Part shown: in pieces, positions 34,301 through 37,067 of the stretch
Layout: every line of letters starts with the position of its first letter
Numbering within the stretch: position 1 is the stretch's first letter
Assembly (NCBI GenBank): GCA_002633005.1
Contig: NMRA01000069.1
Location: forward strand, 812,694 to 849,760
DNA length: 37,067 nucleotides
Direction: 5' to 3'
DNA from: Phoronis australis
Taxonomy: Eukaryota > Animalia > Phoronida
Position numbers and translations under genes: made by a program
Notes under the pieces: generated by a model
Told to the model about the DNA's origin: nothing
The model's database searches: none
The model's input: only the letters and a program-made list of their open reading frames with translations

Positions 34301-36755
34301 ATCCTATTTTTCATGAACATAACAAGACAACCTCTGACCAAACATTACTTCCTTAAACTCCAACCATCTTCATATCAAATACAGTTTGCGAAGTCACGAA
34401 TCGTCAGTTAGATAAAAACACGCTAAATTGAACACAGTCTCTCACGCGAATCTGTTCTACATTACACCATTACAGTATCACACAGCCTACCAATATCTGG
34501 TACCAAGAGTCGACTAGCTGCTGCACACAATGGTCTCGCATCGTATCTTTTATTCGTGTGTTCCGCTCTTGTTCCTGTGACAAAACAGAACAATTAACTA
34601 TACAGCAAGTTTCAAACAAGGATGGCAACATTTCTTCTCTAAAAATTGGCAAATATCGAAGCAAAATTTTTGGACTTATTTTTAAGTGTTAATACCCATG
34701 ATCAACGAAGAGCGACAAATTTCAAATAATTTTTTAAATCCCCAGTAAATGCTCAAAGTTTAGTATTAATATTTTGTTTTTATTTTATGGGATAAAATAT
34801 GAAGTTTAAGAAGATGACTGTGTAAAAAATATTAATTAACAGGTTTCTTTGTCATAGGACATAAAACACCACCCTTAGTCAAAGGGAGGTGAAGCCCGGT
34901 ACATTTTAACAATTACATAGCAGTTTTCAAAAACAAACCGTTGGAGAACTTCGAAAATCAATAAGATTTGTTTAGGAAACAAAATCAGAAAAATTGATTG
35001 GCGAAAAAGTATCAACCTCCACAACTGTGACCATTTTTAGATAAAAGATAGTCCAAGACTACTGTATTTCAAACGCCTTCAGTATTTCTTTCTTGGCTAT
35101 GAATTAACACTAGTTTATCTCATTGTCACGTGTCACTCTCCACAATACCTGCGGAGTATGCACTATCTCGCGATCGACAACCTCCGAGTCGATGGCCTGC
35201 AGGATGCGCAGAAACACGTCAACGTAGAGCGGCCCGGCCAGACTCTGCAGGAGGTCCGAGAAGAAAGAGAGCCACCTGGTGGGGAAGTCGATGACAAACA
35301 CCAGGCTCCACAACTGCGCCACCTTGTTACGGAGGAAGCTCTTGTCACGCGTTGCCTGATTACCCTGAATAATTATTCAATGTATATGATACAATACTAG
35401 AGCCATGTAACACCAATGTCTCATTATATAATCAAGAATTTTAACAAAACGGTAAAAACTGAAAGGGAAACAAATAAACATTGCATACACTTGCTACAAT
35501 GCGAGAACAAACAACAAGGATAACGGAGTATCCAAGATGTGTTTCTGCCAAAAATTGCCTGTTTTCACCTGTCCTCGGGTCATTTCATTGAGACTTTCAG
35601 GACGAGTTTAAATTAGTGAGAACTACCTTAGTGCGAAAGCACTTAACTATCAGTCACCTTTCATAACAATAGTGGATAACACGGACCCAGTATATTTCCA
35701 TTGCATAAATTCCTATGAGAACAATTGGCAATACTTTGTAATGTTATTATAATTAATAATAATTTGATAACAATGTATAATCAGCATCTCCATTACAGAT
35801 ACAATCAACACACAATAAACAGTTTGCGAAATAAGAAGCCATGTGGATTTTTCTTCCACTTTCCTTGATATGGTGTTGACCTGTCGCTCCACCTAGAATT
35901 CATCTCAGGTTAACGAGACCTCACCCTGGTTTTCTTCGCACAGGGCTATGGACCTTATCTGAGGTTATGGGGCACGATGGCAATTTTGTTTTTACTTGGC
36001 TGCCAAGTGTGAATACCCTCAAGTGGTCTGTTATTATAACTACACTTGGTCTCCAATTTCATAATTTCATAAATATAAAGACCAACCACTTTACTATGCA
36101 GGTGTTTTTGTTTATCAAAAAGAATTCATGATTAAAAAAGAAATGAATATTACTTTCAGGACATTCCTTCCGGAACTTCCTTTAAACCTATTCTGCCCCA
36201 GCTGGTTACCCTGTCCAGTACACATGCACTAAACTAGTCTACTGTCCACGCAGCTGAAGGAAACATCCTGTTGGCATATAAAATGGTAATCCAAGAAAAC
36301 CAACTCACCAAGTCAATCTTCAGCAAAAACACTAAATGTATTCCCCAAGCTTAGAAATCCCAACCAGCCAAATTAAGTCTCACGTAAACACTAATTTTAT
36401 CAATTCAAAAAGCCATTTTTTCCCAGAAATCTAAATATTTCCAGTGCATTTTCATCAGATTTATAATGTGCCACAAGCAGTGACTTAAGACGCACCATGC
36501 TACACAAGTCCCTTGGTTTCAGATAACGGAAAATCTATCGACAACCCGTTTCTTTTAAATTATGTCATAATGAAAATCAGCATACAGATCCATGTGTGAG
36601 TGAACAAGCATTCCTATAGAGGGCGCACCTGCATATGTAGAAGTGACATCAGTAGCGTTTTCACATTCTGCTGAGTCTGATTATCGGCTGTGGCGTAGCT
36701 GGACTTCACAAAGTGCTCAATCACTTGTAGACAGAAGAACTTGACGTGGTCATTG
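19260..36755 (-). CDS. XPOT: Exportin-T (tRNA exportin), multi-exon and partial: 17 distinct exons, ~811 codons; N-terminal and C-terminal exons not seen
   Basis: Exon translations match metazoan exportin-T motifs from memory (DHVKFFC, IDSEVVDR..VHT, IKDTMR..C, YVSWIDI.LIANDRF, GEEEAMF.EYRKQLK, RYEKFF.VEPQH, FLHRM..CLE.EVLPF, DP.AQK.CF.IL..LVELWG). All introns are GT-AG and phases are consistent. Confidence 0.95.
20591..20780 (-). CDS. XPOT: XPOT exon (KSLVPFLQ...VVSNQ)
   Basis: Canonical splice sites, 190 nt; EKQMLQRSYF motif. Confidence 0.9.
21190..21670. repeat. ACT-rich low-complexity region with a 33-bp tandem repeat (~3.2 copies, 21383-21488)
   Basis: ctaactacatgttactactaaagagctactagt at 21383, 21416 and 21449. 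Confidence 0.85.
21688..21973 (-). CDS. XPOT: XPOT exon (RTSKGFTNQQTMKQCGC...IQKFK)
   Basis: Canonical splice sites, 286 nt. Confidence 0.92.
23226..23368 (-). CDS. XPOT: XPOT exon (KKEQLMKNLL...MSFA)
   Basis: Canonical splice sites, 143 nt. Confidence 0.9.
24045..24210 (-). CDS. XPOT: XPOT exon (NQMQSYVE...QFPVE)
   Basis: Canonical splice sites, 166 nt; EQLFLYETA motif. Confidence 0.9.
24940..25037 (-). CDS. XPOT: XPOT exon (GAFLDERGLH...FVKAAN)
   Basis: Canonical splice sites, 98 nt; VRSRVTYLLSRFVK. Confidence 0.9.
25883..26002 (-). CDS. XPOT: XPOT exon (MVTSGVS...GEIL)
   Basis: Canonical splice sites, 120 nt; RYEKFFQVEPQH. Confidence 0.92.
26498..26566 (-). CDS. XPOT: XPOT exon (ASHGQHFSGD...DMMGK)
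   Basis: Canonical splice sites, 69 nt. Confidence 0.9.
27483..27611 (-). CDS. XPOT: XPOT exon DAELIIST...GEALP (copy A)
   Basis: Canonical splice sites, 129 nt. Confidence 0.85.
27980..28051 (-). CDS. XPOT: XPOT exon GEEEAMF...LAAL (copy A)
   Basis: Canonical splice sites, 72 nt. Confidence 0.85.
28612..28677 (-). CDS. XPOT: XPOT exon KMLCIL...NFEQE (copy A)
   Basis: Canonical splice sites, 66 nt. Confidence 0.85.
28963..29265. mobile_element. Right end of a TTAA-targeting (piggyBac-like) non-autonomous element, truncated by the N
   Basis: Ends ...gcaggataaggg|TTAA (29266-69). The matching TTAA in copy A (26887-90) has unrelated sequence upstream. Confidence 0.55.
29863..29991 (-). CDS. 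XPOT: XPOT exon DAELIIST...GEALP (copy B)
   Basis: Canonical splice sites, 129 nt; two synonymous changes versus copy A. Confidence 0.85.
30323..30394 (-). CDS. XPOT: XPOT exon GEEEAMF...LAAL (copy B)
   Basis: Canonical splice sites, 72 nt. Confidence 0.85.
30839..31344. mobile_element. 506-bp MITE with perfect 13-bp TIRs and a 6-bp TSD
   Basis: cagggcttggaat...attccaagccctg flanked by TATTAC on both sides. The empty site actattacacag is in copy A (~28424-28435). Subterminal cgcggaa repeats. Confidence 0.92.
31533..31598 (-). CDS. XPOT: XPOT exon KMLCIL...NFEQE (copy B)
   Basis: Canonical splice sites, 66 nt; two synonymous changes versus copy A. Confidence 0.85.
31876..31958. mobile_element. 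83-bp Tc1/mariner-type MITE with TA target duplication
   Basis: TA|cagcagtcccgaattttgagaacca ... tggttctcaaaatccgggacgcctg|TA. Confidence 0.8.
32152..32347 (-). CDS. XPOT: XPOT exon (LIKCADG...DEDDDVS...ENVK)
   Basis: Canonical splice sites, 196 nt. Confidence 0.92.
33010..33104 (-). CDS. XPOT: XPOT exon (IGDGDSDEGDYL...QCWS)
   Basis: Canonical splice sites, 95 nt. Confidence 0.85.
33478..33738 (-). CDS. XPOT: XPOT exon (TTYETSNPEV...YVSWIDIN...GVLQ)
   Basis: Canonical splice sites, 261 nt. Confidence 0.93.
33825..34184. mobile_element. TTAA-flanked foldback MITE with ~130-bp imperfect inverted arms (Kolobok-like termini)
   Basis: For example, ccacagcatggacttttgaacacga (~33891) versus tcgtgttctaaagtccatgctgtgg (~34094). 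TTAA at both ends. Confidence 0.8.
34491..34574 (-). CDS. XPOT: XPOT exon (EQERNTRIKDTMR...WYQIL)
   Basis: Canonical splice sites, 84 nt. Confidence 0.92.
35149..35364 (-). CDS. XPOT: XPOT exon (GNQATRDKSFLRNK...VHTPQ)
   Basis: Canonical splice sites, 216 nt. Confidence 0.92.
36629..36755 (-). CDS. XPOT: XPOT exon (NDHVKFFCLQV...LHMQ), most 5' exon in window
   Basis: Canonical splice sites, 127 nt. Confidence 0.88.
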
Positions 36756-36843
36756 CTGGAACACAAACTAGTTTAATGCCATCTCACAGACTTATTGAGA
36801 ATTGACCAAATATTTGCGCAAACTTGTATTAAAGACAAATCCT

Positions 36844-37067
36844 AACAAGAGCAACGCGGAGCGTTGAAATGCGCCCACAATTGCACCGCATACGGTATCC
36901 TTCTAGGGTTGTTTATTGGTACCATAAAGTGGCCAGTAGAGGGCATACTTTGCAAAATGGAAAGGCATGGTCATTGTCTCCTCAATAGGCTAGGGGCAAA
37001 ATGTGAGTAATCTTCATAATACAAGCACATCCTATACACCAGTTGCTTAAAGCACCACAGAAACATA
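36844..37067 (+). mobile_element. 5' end of another copy of the AACAAGAG-initiated repeat family
   Basis: aacaagagcaacgcggagcgttgaaatgc...gtggccagtagagggca aligns with 6368-6465. Confidence 0.6.

Overview
AT-rich, intron-containing eukaryotic DNA from an animal. A lophotrochozoan-type marine invertebrate is likely, but this is inferred. The right half (19260-36755, minus strand) holds 17 distinct, phase-compatible GT-AG exons of exportin-T (XPOT), about 811 codons. Three exons appear twice inside a ~2.1/2.6 kb tandem duplication joined by a single N, most likely two haplotypes scaffolded in tandem. The 5' exons lie beyond the right edge, and I could not find the ~100 C-terminal codons anywhere in 1-19259. 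The left half (plus strand) holds a tandem array of at least three two-exon secreted C-type lectin genes: signal peptide, RxxR site, coiled-coil neck and long-form CTLD, with EPN/WND in one and QPN/WND in two. The array therefore appears to be nested antisense in a >19 kb XPOT intron. Interspersed are a Penelope-like GIY-YIG relic with a minimal hammerhead-ribozyme motif, several MITEs (some with visible empty sites), a satellite-bearing interspersed repeat family rich in CTCF-like motifs, and several minisatellites. There are no prokaryotic features, rRNA, tRNA or CRISPR.
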